64,000 nucleotides of DNA, taken from Mobula hypostoma (taxonomy: Eukaryota). The translations under genes were made by a program, and so were the position numbers. Below the pieces are notes generated by a model. That model did not search any database. It was not told the origin of the DNA and worked only from the letters and a program-made list of their open reading frames with translations. The stretch spans positions 39,434,001-39,498,000 of the forward strand of contig NC_086097.1 of NCBI RefSeq assembly GCF_963921235.1, read 5' to 3'. This document shows, piece by piece, positions 1-12,394 of the stretch (the stretch's first letter is position 1; each line of letters starts with the position of its first letter).

Positions 1-95
1 GATCAGGTTAGAAAGGAAAACAAATTAATTTGTTCAAGGTGCTTTGTGATGATATGGATTAATCAATTTTGATTGAATTTTTTTTCTTTTAACAG

Positions 96-436
96 TGGGC
101 TGATAATCCTCAAGGAGTTGGTACATCTTCATTGGGAAAGAGATGATAATCTAAAAAAGTTTTCATCTTTATGTTTCCAGAAAGTCTCTAAGTTGCTACA
201 AGACAAACAAATTTGAATATGCCAAAAAAGTATGAAATCAACAACGATGTTTTTTTGACAAAATTTGCTAGGGAATATAGTACACTTGCTACTAAATAGA
301 AACCTAAACGTAAAATGTACTGAATATTACCAGTAATACACTGAAGAGTTAATATCAAGCACTGAAGTAAAGACTTGTAGTGGGTATCTCACTCCTCACA
401 GAGAAAAATTAGATACAGAGTTAAGACTTTACAAAT
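96..436 (+). other. Probable 5' UTR part of the ATG-containing exon
   Basis: Strong acceptor tttttttcttttaacag ending at 95. A possible donor cag|gttaga at 6/7 suggests an upstream exon outside the window. Confidence 0.5.
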
Positions 437-1118
437 ATGGCAAAAATAGATCAACAATGGTTAAACCTACCTCAGGATATATTGTTGGAAGTATTCAGAT
501 ATCTTACATTTGAAGAAAAGGCTAATGTTCGTGCAGCCTGCAAATATTTGCAACGATTGATTGACCACCCTACTTTGTGGCTGAACAGAACAATTGTCTT
601 AAAAAGCTTACAAAACTGCAACTCATGTTTTTGGACTACACTTCGAAAAAGGAGAATAAGATCTCTGCTGATCAGGGAAGCAACTCCGAAGCAATTGCAG
701 AAGATGGTGAATTTGATTCCGAACCTGGCTGCTGTTTCTATGGATGTGAAAGTGAACGTGGAAAGACTGCGCGCTCTGAGACCCTTGGCAAACTTACACA
801 CACTGCAGCTGAATGATGGTTCATTAATGCTAGACCAGGAGCTGCTAAGGGAGGTGGTAAACTTCAAACAATTGACAACCTTGGTTTTATGTTCTTTGGT
901 GTCTGGCCACAGCAGGTCTCTGTGCCTCCTCGCAGAATTAAAAAAGTTGCAGTCTTTGACACTTCACGCGAGGCAGAAGGGCCCTTCTTTGTCAGCCATT
1001 CAGTATATTTTGTTCCGGTTGCCAAAACTGAGAGAGCTATCATTGAGTTCAGTGGACACATGGGAAAACTTGTCATTGTGCTTTACAGCACCAGAATGGA
1101 AGACCCCCGAAGAGGCAG
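437..1118 (+). CDS. F-box/LRR protein, coding exon 1 (F-box plus first LRRs)
   Basis: ATG at 437 with in-frame upstream TAA at 422. F-box motif WLNLPQDILLEVFRYLTFEEKANVRAACKYLQRLIDHPTLW, then LxxLxL repeats. Donor CAG|GTATGA at 1118/1119, phase 1. Confidence 0.9.
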
Positions 1119-1594
1119 GTATGAAAAAGAGCACAGATAATTCTGATAATCGTATAAACTATGAAAAACACCAGTTATTTCTCAAGTATGCCATCTATAG
1201 ACGTGAGGTGTCATGCATCACATTACGGATTTCACCCACTTAAAAACACAGACCAACTGGGAAAAATAAATCTAGATGATAATTCCCCACCTCCTTAAGC
1301 AATCTTCTATATGAACAGCAATAAAAACGTTTTGAAAATTAGAACCAAGGAACGTTTTTTCCATTTATAAATATAAACATGAAGGATTATGTTTGCAGAC
1401 TAAGGAAGCAAAATAGAATGACAGTAAATTACAACTCTTTATCAGTCCATGTAGAATGACAGAAATAGAGTTAGTAATGTGTTTAAACCTGTATCTTTCA
1501 GACAATCTATCTTTTAAAATCTTCATTAAGTTGGCTCTTTCAATCACAACTATTTAAATATCAGCAGATTTTCCTTTACTTAGTGATACGTTCC

Positions 1595-3212
1595 AGAGTA
1601 GGTAGAGCACAGAGTAGGTACAGTGCAGAGTAGGTATATTACAGAGTAGTTACAGTGCAGAGTAGGTATATTACAGAGTAGATACAGTGCAGAGTAGGTA
1701 TATTACAGAGTAGGTAGAGTGCAGAGTAGGTGTATTACAGAGTATGTAGAGTGCAGAGTAGGTGTATTACAGAGTAGTTACAGTGCAGAGTAGGTATATT
1801 ACAGAGTAGCTATATTACAGAGTAGGTACAGTGCAGAGTAGGTATATTACAGAGTAGGTAGAGTGCAGAGTAGGTGTATTACAGAGTAGGTAGAGTGCAG
1901 AGTAGGTGTATTACAGTGTAGTTACAGTGCAGAGTAGGTAGAGTGCGGAGTAGGTGTGCAGAGTAGGTATATTACAGAGTAGGTACAGTGCAGAGTAGGT
2001 ACAGTGCAGAGTAGGTATATTACAGAGTAGGTACAGTGCAGAGTAGGTGTATTACAGAGTAGTTACAGTACAGAGTAGGTATATTACAGAGTAGGTAGAG
2101 TGCAGAGTAGGTGTATTACAGAGTAGGTAGAGTGCAGAGTAGGTGTATTACAGTGTAGTTACAGTGCAGAGTAGGTAGAGTGCAGAGTAGGTATATTACA
2201 GAGTAGGTAGAGTGCAGAGTAGGTATATTACAGAGTAGGTAGAGTGCAGAGTAGGTGTATTACAGAGTAGGTAGAGTGCAGAGTAGGTGTATTACAGTGT
2301 AGTTACAGTGCAGAGTAGGTAGAGTGCGGAGTAGGTGTGCAGAGTAGGTGTATTACAGAGTAGGTAGAGTGCAGAGTAGGTGTATTACAGAGTAGTTACA
2401 GTGCAGAGTAGGTGTATTACAGAGTAGTTACAGTGCAGAGTAGGTATATTACAGAGTAGTTACAGTGCAGAGTAGGTATATTACAGAGTAGCTATATTAC
2501 AGAGTAGTTACAGCGCAGAGTAGGTGTATTACAGAGTAGTTACAGTACAGAGTAGGTATATTACAGAGTAGGTATATTACAGAGTAGTTAGTGCGCAGAG
2601 TAGGTATATTACAGAGTAGATACAGTGCAGAGTAGGTATATTACAGAGTAGGTAGAGTGCAGAGTAGGTAGAGTGCAGAGTAGGTGTATTACAGAGTAGT
2701 TACAGTGCAGAGTAGGTATATTACAGAGTAGCTATATTACAGAGTAGGTACAGTGCAGAGTAGGTATATTACAGAGTAGGTAGAGTGCAGAGTAGGTGTA
2801 TTACAGAGTAGGTAGAGTGCAGAGTAGGTGTATTACAGAGTAGTTACAGTGCAGAGTAGGTATATTACAGAGTAGGTATATTACAGAGTAGGTACAGTGC
2901 AGAGTAGGTATATTACAGAGTAGGTAGAGTGCAGAGTAGGTGTATTACAGAGTAGGTAGAGTGCAGAGTAGGTGTATTACAGTGTAGTTACAGTGCAGAG
3001 TAGGTAGAGTGCAGAGTAGGTGTATTACAGTGTAGGTACAGTGCAGAGTAGGTGTATTACAGAGTAGTTACAGTGCAGAGTAGGTGTATTACAGAGTAGT
3101 TACAGTGCAGAGTAGGTGTATTACAGAGTAGTTACAGTGCAGAGTAGGTATATTACAGAGTAGTTACAGTACAGAGTAGGTATATTACAGAGTAGTTAGT
3201 GCGCAGAGTAGG
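1595..3212. repeat. Minisatellite, 16-bp unit in two mostly alternating variants
   Basis: About 100 units of cagagtaggtatatta / cagagtaggtacagtg and minor variants. Confidence 0.97.
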
Positions 3213-3455
3213 CCCTTCCAACCCTTTGAGCCACACCGCCCCAGCAACCCCCGACAAACCTGATTAACTCTCACCTAATCACGGGACAATTTGCAATGAC
3301 CAATTAATCTACCTGGTATGTCTTTGAATGTGGGCGGACACCAGAGCACCCAGAGAAAACCCATGTATTCCATGGGGAGGACTACAGACTCTTTACAGGT
3401 GGTGTTGGTGTTGAACTCTGGAATGTGCTAACCACCAAGCTCCCGTGGTGCCCCT
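3200..3455 (-). mobile_element. V-SINE-like tRNA-derived SINE
   Basis: Core 'ggacaatttgcaatgaccaattaatctacc...gtctttg...tgg...ccagagcacc...aaaaccca' shared with 12520..12750 (-) and 30135..30425 (+). Confidence 0.7.
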
Positions 3456-3719
3456 TGGCTAAACTGGATCATATTCTATTGTCCATACTGGCTAGCAACT
3501 AAAAACATTTCCCTAAACAGGTTTCTAACCTTTATCTGGCATCACAATGTTCTTAACAACTCACAATTACTGAACTGAGATTTTGGTCATAGTACATTAT
3601 TAATCGTTATCCTTGCCACAGTTATTATTGAATTTGTTAACCACGCTATGCTCCTCCAATGGGAACTCCTAGGTTCCATTCTTATGTATCAGTACAGTGA
3701 TAAAGCATCTCCAGCAAAG

Positions 3720-4220
3720 ACCATTCAGCTCTGCCATTCAGTCATGGCTAATTTATTATCCCTCTCAACCCTATTCTCTTGCCTTCCTCCTGTAACCTTT
3801 AGCACCCTTACTAATTAAGAACCTGTGAACCTCAACTTTAAATATACCCATTGATTTGGCCTCCGCAGCCACCTATGGCAATGAATTTCACAGATTCATC
3901 ACCCTCTGACTGAAGAAATTGCTCTTTTTTCATGTCCTTGTACTTTGAGGCTGCCCTCTTGTCCTAGACTCGCCCACTCTAGGAAACATCCTCTGCATGT
4001 CCACTTTATCTAGACCTTTCAATATTTGGTAGGTTTCAATGAGATTCTTCCCCCCCCCCGCCCCCCTCCCCATTCTTCTAAACTCCAGTGACTACAGGCT
4101 CAGAGCTCCTCAGGCATTAACCCTTTCATTCCCGGGATCATTCTCATGAGCCTCCTCTGGACCCTCTCATGTGCCAGCACGTCCTTTGTTAGAAAAACTG
4201 CTGACGATACTCCAAGTGTA
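3720..4220 (-). mobile_element. CR1 LINE 3' fragment
   Basis: Reverse complement resembles the CR1 3' end at 44460..44965. Confidence 0.75.
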
Positions 4221-4564
4221 GTAGGATGTGTCTGTTTACACTGATGTGTTGGTATTCAATGTACAGGTGAAGTTAATACATTTGCACAGTAACAGCCGAA
4301 TGATATAAATCAGGTCCCCAACCTTTTTTGCACCGGGGACCAGTTTAACATTGACAATATTCTTGTGGACCGGCTGACTGGGTTGAGGGGGGGGGCGGCG
4401 CGGTGTTAATCACGACTGGAATATAGGTGGTAAGTCAAGTATAAGTCACTTATAAGTGGCTCGTACACTCAATTTCGTTTCTAAAGGGGTTTATCTGATG
4501 AATTTAACATTAAACACAGAGCGCATATTTTCCTCGCATGAATATAGTGATAAGTCAATTATAA

Positions 4565-4876
4565 CAGTGGTCCCAAACCACCGGGCTGCAAAGAATGCAG
4601 GGGTACAGCGGTGGCCGGAACGCACCCAGCACATCTTTAAGAAAAAAGCCGAAATAAACAAGCTAATTGATTAGGTGCTGCCCGGCACGTAAATGTCAGT
4701 CCAAATGAGGTGATGCATTGGGCAATTGCCTCTGATCTGGTCCGACGTTTAAGTGCCAGGCGGCACCTAATTAATTAGCTTGTTTATTTCGGCTTTTTTC
4801 TTAAAGACGTGCTGGGTGCATCGCGGCCACCACTGTACCACTGCATTCTTCGCGGCCCAGAGGTTGGGGACCACTG
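4565..4876. mobile_element. Palindromic hAT MITE
   Basis: Near-perfect 312-bp hairpin cagtggtccc...gggaccactg, 8-bp TSD aattataa. Confidence 0.9.
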
Positions 4877-5114
4877 AATTATAAGTCACTTATAAGTCAA
4901 TAGCATCATAACATTTTAAGTAACGTTTGGATATTAAACACACAGCGCATATTTTCCTTGTATGAACATATAATATCATTGCAACACACCAATGTCGCTG
5001 AATCAGTGGGAGCCCTGGGCTTATTTTCTCGCAACAAGACGGTCCCATCAAGGGGTGATAGGAGACTACGATACTCGAAGTGGGTTCCTTATGTCCAGTC
5101 TGTCCCACAATTTA

Positions 5115-6701
5115 CAAACCCCATTTCCAGAAAAGTTGGGATATTTTCCAAAATGCAATAAAAACAAAAATCTGTGATATGTTAATTCACGTGAACCTTT
5201 ATTTAACTGACAAAAGTACAAAGAAAAGATTTTCAATAGTTTTACTGACCAACTTAATTGTATTTTGTAAACATACACAAATTTAGAATTTGATGGCTGC
5301 AGCACACTCAACAAAAGTTGGGACAGAGGCATGTTTACCATTGTGTTACATCACTTTTCCTTCTAATAACACCTTTTAATCGTTTTGAAACTGAGGATAC
5401 TAATTGTAGTTGATTTGCAACTGGAAATTTTGTCCACTCTTGCTTGATATAAGACTTCAGCTGCTCAACAGTCCGTGATCTCCGTTGTCTGATTCTCCTC
5501 TTCATGATGCGTTATACATTTTCAATAGGAGATAGATCTGGACTGGCAGCAGGCCAGTCAAGCACACGCACTCTGTGTCTACAAAGCCACGCTGTTGTAG
5601 CCCGTGCAGAATGCGGTCTGGCATTGTCCAGCTGAAATAAGCATGGACGTACTGGGAAGAGACGTCGCCTTATGGCCACATATGTCTCTCTAAAATCCTA
5701 ATATATGCCTCAGAGTCAATGGTACCTTCACGTACATGCAACTCACTGATGCACCCCCATACCATCACAGATGCTGGCTTTTGCACCTTTCGCTGATAAC
5801 AATCTGGATGGTCGTTTTCATCTTTGGCACGGAGAACTTGACGCCCGTTTTTTCCAAAAACTAGCTGAAATCTGGACTCATCTGACCACAGCACACGGTT
5901 CCACAGACTTTCAGTCCATCTGAGATGAGCTTGGGCCCAGAGAACTCGCTGGCGTTTCTGCATAGAGTTGATGTATGACTTCCTCCTTGCGTAATACAGT
6001 TTCAAGTTGCATTTCTGGATGCAGCGACGGACTGTGTTGAGTGACAATGGTTTTCCGAAGTACTCCCGAGCCCAGGTGGCTATAATTGTCACAGTAGCAT
6101 GACGGTTTCTTTGGCAGTGCCGCCTGAGGGCTTGAAGATCACGCGCATTCAACAGCGGTTTCCGACCTTGCCCTTTACGCACTGAGATGTCTTTGAATTC
6201 TCTGAATCTTTTCGCAATATTATGTACTGTAGACGTTGAAAGATCTAAATTCTCTGCAATCTTGCATTGAGAAATGTTCCTTTTGAACTGACTAACAATT
6301 CTCTCACGAATTTTGGCACAAAGGGGTGAGCCACGACCCATCCTTGCTTGCAAAGACTGAGCCTTTGATGGACGCTACTTTTATACCCAGTCATGATACC
6401 TCACCTGCTACCAATTAACCTGTTTAATGTGGAGTCTTCCAAACCGATGTTACTTGAATATTCTGTGCACTTTTCAATCTTATTTTAACTCTGTCCCAAC
6501 TTTTGTTGAGTGTGTTGCAGCCATCAAGTTCTAAATTTGTGTATGTTTACAAAATACAATTAAGTTGGTCAGTAAAACTATTGAAAATCTTTTCTTTGTA
6601 CTTTTGTCAGTTAAATAAAGATTCACTTGAATTAACATATCCAGATTTTTGCTTTCATTGCATTTTGGAAAATATCCCAACTTTTCTGGAAATGAGGTTT
6701 G
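5115..6701 (-). mobile_element. Full-length Tc1 (DD34E, IR/DR type) transposon
   Basis: TA TSD. ~214-bp TIRs (5115-5328, 6488-6701) with aaaagttggga direct repeats. Interrupts the hAT remnant at a TA that is empty in copy 3. Confidence 0.95.
5335..6341 (-). pseudogene. Tc1 transposase, disrupted
   Basis: Paired-like HTH, GRKP linker, WSDES, FQLDNA-x-SPDLSPIE with 34 residues between D and E. Frame break near 5670 and premature TAA near 5513. Confidence 0.9.
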
Positions 6702-7207
6702 TAGTTTTCATTGCATTTATTATAGAAAACTCTGCTTCGCAGCGATATGATGTTGGAAATAGAAGCAACGTTTTCAGTGCTTCCGTGGCTTTCTCAGGAT
6801 ATTCAGCCTTGACTTTGATCCAGAATGCCGGCAGAGATGTTATGTCAAACATACTTTTCAGCCCGTCATCATTTGCAAGCTCGAGGAGTTGATCTTTTTC
6901 CCGCGCTGACATGGATGATTCACCAGGGACATTCACAAATGGGTCACGGACCCATTCCTTTGCACGTCTTGGGTCGGTCGTTTGCGTCTTGGGTCACTGA
7001 TGACCTCGCGTGCGTAATGACCTTGCATGCATTAAAGTTCAACAGTGGGCATGACAGGGAATGAGGAAAGGTGCAGCTGACTCATATCGTTTCATATCGC
7101 CAAATCATATCGTTTCCTCGCGGCCCGGTGGCACATGCTTTGCGGCCCAGTACTGGTCCGTGGCCCGGTGGTTGGGGACCACTAATATAAATCAACTGTT
7201 GAGGCAT

Positions 7208-8081
7208 GTCCATTCAGTGGCTACTTTGTTAGGTATTCAAGCAAATATTTAGCCAGCCAATCATGTGGCAGCAGCTCAATGCATAAAGGCACGCAGACAT
7301 GGTCAAGAAGTTTAGCTGTTGTTCAGACCAAACATCAGAATGGGAAAGAAATGTGATCTAAGTGACTTTGACCGTTGATGCCAGACAGGGTGGTTTGAGT
7401 ATTTCAGAAACTGCTGATCTCCTGGGATTTTCACACACAGCAGTTTCTAGAGTGTATTGAGAATAGTAGAAAAGGGCCGGGTGGTGGCGCAATGACATCA
7501 GCGCCGGACTCTGGAACGGAGGTTCTGGGGTTCGAACCCAGTCGGGGCCGCTCCTGAGTACGCTTTCCATCCGTGCCAGGTTGAGTGTCAAGATTGCAAC
7601 TCGACCTCGTAAAATAAAGGGAAAAATACTGTGAAATGTCTGTGTGAGGAGTGGTGCGTCACACAGTCTCTCTCTCACTCGCTCCGCGCCTTGTAAAGGC
7701 ATGAAAAAGACATAGTCCCACCAACATCACACACCCACGCACGGACGCACACACACAGACGCACAATCACGCACGCACACGCCAAAAAAAAAGAGAATAG
7801 TAGAAGAAGTATCCAGTGAATGGCAGTCTTATGGGTGAAAGCACCTTGTTAATGAGAGAGGTTAGTGGAGATTAGCCAGACTGGTTCATGCTGACAGAAA
7901 GGTGACAGTAACTCAAATAACCACATGTTACAGCAGTGATATGCAGAAAAGCATCTCTGAACGCACAACATGTCGAACCTTGAAGTGGATGGGCTACAGC
8001 AGCAGAAGACCATGAATATACACTCATTGGCCACTTTATTAGGTACAGGAGGTATGTAATAAAGTGGCCACTGAGAGTATA
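7208..8081. mobile_element. Degenerate non-autonomous Tc1/mariner-like element
   Basis: Inverted ends cattcagtggctactttgttagg / taataaagtggccactgagagta, with decayed transposase N-terminus-like sequence between. Confidence 0.6.
7472..7792 (+). mobile_element. tRNA-derived SINE with CA-rich tail and poly(A)
   Basis: A box tggcgcaatg, B box ggttcgaaccc, A tail, perfect 13-bp TSD gagaatagtagaa (7459-7471, 7793-7805). Confidence 0.9.
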
Positions 8082-8180
8082 GGATATTGTGAAAATTGCT
8101 GTGGGAATCTAACAGTTTAATATAATTTTGAAAACAATATAGTAATGGTGATTGCAAAAGTTAAATATTTGTTCTTCCAG

Positions 8181-8396
8181 ATGGTTTGGAGTCAAACTGC
8201 ATTTCACAGCTTCAATTGGAGAAGCTGAGCCTTTTGCACAGCGCAAATGGTCCACTGTCCAGGAAAGCTCTCGAGCAACTTTCGAATGTAAAGAGCCTTT
8301 CTGTGAGCCTTACCAAGTCCTGTGTTTCACGGAACACCAATTTTCTACATAGTATGCTGGAGAGCCTGCCAAATATTACTGAATTAGAACTGTCCT
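8181..8396 (+). CDS. F-box/LRR protein, coding exon 2
   Basis: Acceptor ttcttccag|AT and donor T|GTAAGT. 216 bp, phase 1-1, in frame with exon 1. LRRs LEKLSL, VKSLSV, ITELELS. Confidence 0.88.
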
Positions 8397-9948
8397 GTAA
8401 GTATTTTTTTGCATATGTATTTGACTAATGTAGCAGTTTCATTTTTTTTTGTAAGGAATCTGTTTAAGAACTGTCAGTTTGCAGCTAAGTGAAGGAGAGA
8501 GGTTTGGCCCAGCGCACTAGAATGAAGGATGGGAACAGACAGAGAGGTTCATTTTGTTGACAAAGACCACAATACTCTTGTCACTGTCATTGGAGGTAAA
8601 GGTCACAAAGTCTAGTTGTTAAGTTAGCTTTACATTAGAGTGAAGAAACAGTATTTTCTGTTTGTTGCAGGAATTGTGAGCAGCTTTGGGAGGTAGGATG
8701 TGGAATCAATAGTACTCTACATGATCCAACTAGGTCCAGCAGTGAGTCGTTAGCTCAATTGTTTATTGGATCTGCATACTTTGATCTCAAAGGACTGGGA
8801 AGGATGGTTGTATTTTGAGTAATAACTTTATTGGGAAACAAAGATAGAAGTTAAGGTATGCTTGAACGGAGTAGATTTTGCAGAAATATCGGGGTTTCAT
8901 CTTTAGCTATCCAGTCGTAGTCTGAACAACATTTGTCTTGCATCTTTACTCTCTGTATTTCCCTCAGCAATGTTTCCTTGCACCCTTTTTATTTTATGAT
9001 GACGTTTCGCTCCTCAGTAACCACATCCAAGAGTCCTGACTAACCGGCAATTTTCAATGAAGTTGAGATCAGCCAATATTCCTTTGCCTGATTCACACTG
9101 TCTGATTTGTCATCTTTCTTTCTGCTTGCTAACCTTATTCCCTTCCATTTGATCCACAGCAAGAGTTTAAAACAGCCTTCCTTGTTTTTAAATCCCCCTA
9201 TACTGCTGTGCCTCTTTTATTTTCAGCTTTTCCAGTCCTTCAGCCCACCAAGATACCTGGACTCCATCATTTCTGGTCTCCTCAGCATCTTTAATGTCAA
9301 TTGCTTTATCATTGACTGCCTTCTCTTCAGCTGTCATGATTCCCTTTCAAAGGCTGTCTCGCTACTTCCCTCTTGAGTTTAAAATCTGCCATTAGATTGC
9401 ATTCTGAGCCATTTCATGCCTAAACAGATTGGTGTGACATTTTTTGGTAATATTTCTGTCAGGATGGCAGGGTAGAATAAGTCTACCAAAGGAAGTGTAA
9501 GGTGCTCCTTCCTGCTGCTAGCCTGCAGGTCACCCTTGGGCAAAGTATAGTAGTTGCTTCTGTAGAAAAATTTTACGAGAACAATCATGGTAATTTGAAC
9601 AGTGTAATTTGAAATATTTAATAATCACCTTATATGGCTTCTTAAATGGAGGTTGCAAAGGAAGAAAGGTACTTCACCAACACATGAAGACTAATGGAGT
9701 GACCATGAAATTTTGAGATGGAAGTTCTAGTAGATGGGGCCTTGGCATTTGAAATCCCAGCCAACAATAGTGGACTGCACTTGACTTAACTTCTAAATCC
9801 TGGTGTTATGCTTGAACCTAGAGCCTTTTAAATGTTACCAAGTGATCTGATTTCAACAGTAGTTAACTTCCTTGTGGGATATTCATAATTTTTCTGAACA
9901 AGAATATCTGTGAAATATTAAGCATTCCAGTATTTTATTAAATAATAA

Positions 9949-10110
9949 TTTTTTGGGCGTGTTCCTGTGTGCGTGCGAGTCTGTGCGTGTGAGTTTGCAT
10001 GTCCGTGCGTGCGTCCGTGATGATGTCTTTTTCATGGCTTTTACAAGGCGCGGAGCGCGAGAGAGAGAGCGAGACTGTGTGGCACGCCACTCCTCACACC
10101 AGCCGGCCCT
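9949..10110 (-). mobile_element. Internally deleted copy of the same SINE
   Basis: 5' end agggccggctgg fused directly to the 3' part tgtgaggagtgg.... TSD taaataataa/taagtaataa. Confidence 0.75.
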
Positions 10111-10249
10111 TAAGTAATAACATATAAGAGTGATAAAGGCATTATAGTTAAGCAATCATTCTTTGGCTATTAACTTTTCATGATATATGTGAGAAGTGCA
10201 ACTTTGAAAGAAGATTCATCCGTATTTCATTTCTATGTTAAATTGCCAG

Positions 10250-10469
10250 GGAACGGACCTTTTGCTGAATTTGTGAACATTTTGCCTTCGAACCTCAGAA
10301 GAATTGATTTGGTAAATGTAAGGCTTTCAAATGCCGATGTGCAGCTTCTTTCTGATTCTTCAGGAAAATCTCTGAAACATCTGGGCTTGATGCTCTGCAG
10401 TGGTATTACTGAAACAATGTTAAAGCAACTGCCCAGACATTTTCCTTACTTGCAGACCCTTGACCTGAG
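10250..10469 (+). CDS. F-box/LRR protein, coding exon 3
   Basis: Acceptor ttgccag|GG (T+GG=Trp) and donor AG|GTAAAT. LRRs LRRIDL, LKHLGLMLCSGITE, LQTLDL. Confidence 0.88.
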
Positions 10470-11311
10470 GTAAATTACAATATATCTGTATTAATTGATG
10501 CAAAATGCAAGGCCTTTTAAAAAAATTATTTTTGGGATCCGAGTATTACTGGCATGGCCAGCGTCTATTTCCTAATGCTGATTGCCCTTGAGGAGTTGGT
10601 AGTGGGACGCCACTTTGAATCACTGCAGTTCTTATGGAGAAGATACTCCGATAGTGTTGATGGGAAGTAGCTCCAGTAATGTAATTATTTAGTTATATTT
10701 CCAAGTCGGGTTGGGGCAGAACACAGGTGCAAGGTTACACATTTTATGCATTTCTGTAAGAATGGTGCAATCACAACTTTTCTACCTCGTGGCATGGTAC
10801 ATGGAGACTAGATATAATCCTCAACAATGCTTAGGTTAACTTTCCAAAGGTGCTGTACTTTTAAACATTGTTATTGTTTAGCTGGGGATACTTACTACCA
10901 CTACTACTACTACGATGTCGATTTGGTGCCCTGTAAATGGGCTACTTGAAGACTGACTTACACAGGTACAGTATATATGAGTGTATATGAAATTTTAGAT
11001 ACCTGACTGCTTGTTTCCTGATTTTTGCGGGAAAAAGGCAGAACATACTCTTAATCATTACCGTTGTTTGAAAAGCCAAACCACAGAGAGCGGGTTACAA
11101 AAAAGTCTCTTGCTACAAACACAAGAATGTGGATATAATAGTGCAAAACAAGTGCAAACAGTAATATTGGCAGCCAGTCAATCCTCCAGAAATCATCTTC
11201 AAGTTTTTGTGGAATTATAAAAAATATTTATGTCTTGAAAAAGGCCACTATGTCAGAGCAGGTTTACAAAGATCTTCCCCCGACTTTTAGCACTTCCCAA
11301 CTCTATATCAG

Positions 11312-12394
11312 TAGATAGATGATCTGAGTCTTCTTGGAATTGATGTTAAGTCCAAGTTCCGTGTATGCACGGTTGAAGGCAGTCAGGATCTGTCGTAGGT
11401 GGTTTTCTGAAAGAGCTGCAACACTGTTGTCATCTGTGTATTGGAACTCGATGAGGGAACTCGTGGATGTCTTTGTTTTGGATTTGAGATGGGCAAAATT
11501 GAGAAGTCTATCAACCGTCACCAATTGAGACAAATCGGATAGAACCATCATTTCAACTTGGCGAAACAACCCTGGAAAACGTGGACCACTTTTCGTATCT
11601 TGGAAGTCACCTCTCCTCCAATGTTGACCTTAATGACGAGATCCAACATCGTCTTAAATGCGCTGGAACAGCTTTTGGACATCTCCGATCAAGAGTCTTT
11701 CATGATTGTGACATCGGAACAGACACCAAAATGTTCGTGTACAAAGCAGTGGTAATCCCAGCGCTCCTGTATGCATCAGAAACCTGGACAACATACCGAC
11801 GACATCTGAAGGCACTTGGAAAGTTCCAGCAACGCTGTCTTTGAAACACCTTAAATATCAGCTGGGAAGATAGAAGAACCAATATCAGTGTGCTAAATGA
11901 AGCAAAAACAACAAACATTGAAGCCTACGTCATCAAGAACCAACTAAGATGGAGCGTTCATGTTGTTCGGATGAAAGTCGAACGTCTGCTGAAACAAATC
12001 TTCTACTCCCAGCTTAAAGAAGGCAAACGTAAAAGAGGCGGATACCAGAAGAGATTCAAAGACGTCTTAAAAGCCAACATGAAGAAATGTAACATCGACA
12101 TCAACAATTGGGAAACCAATGCCAAGGACAGGAAACTCTGGCAAGCCATCATCTGAGAAGGAACAGCAACTTTCGAAGCCAACAGATGTGCAGAATTAGA
12201 AGAAAAGAGAAGAAAATGGAAAGAGAGGCAGCAACAACCAAAGCCTGATCTGCCATCTGGAACTACCTGTCCTGAATGCGGAAGAACTTTCAAAGCCAAG
12301 ATTGGACTCATAAGCCACTTGAGAGCCCATAAGTAGATCAACAGAACGAAGACCATCATCCTCGACCTTGAGGGATAGCCACGACAACGACGAC
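11312..12394 (+). mobile_element. RTE-clade LINE 3' portion with inverted 5' segment
   Basis: Minus piece encodes FQYTDD...GLNINSKKTQ. Plus piece continues VDHFSYLGS...LLYASETW...CPECGRTFKAKIGLISHLRAH, then an (acg)n tail. Confidence 0.88.

Larger units (their letters stand above)
4311..7184 (-). mobile_element. Non-autonomous hAT (Charlie/Buster-like) element, copy 1, hosting a MITE and a Tc1
   Basis: Termini caggtccccaac / gttggggaccacta, 8-bp TSD atataaat (4303-4310, 7185-7192). hAT C-terminal dimerization-domain remnant DQLLELANDDGLKSMFDITSLPAFWIKVKAEYPE. Confidence 0.9.

Noticed and set aside
437..1243. 268-aa ORF as a complete single-exon gene
   Set aside because: A strong donor at 1118/1119 and three in-phase downstream LRR exons explain it better.
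1595..3212. Regular short repeats resembling a CRISPR array
   Set aside because: No unique spacers and no cas genes, in a eukaryotic context; it is a minisatellite.
7474..7550. tRNA gene
   Set aside because: The A/B boxes are the head of a SINE with a tail and TSD.
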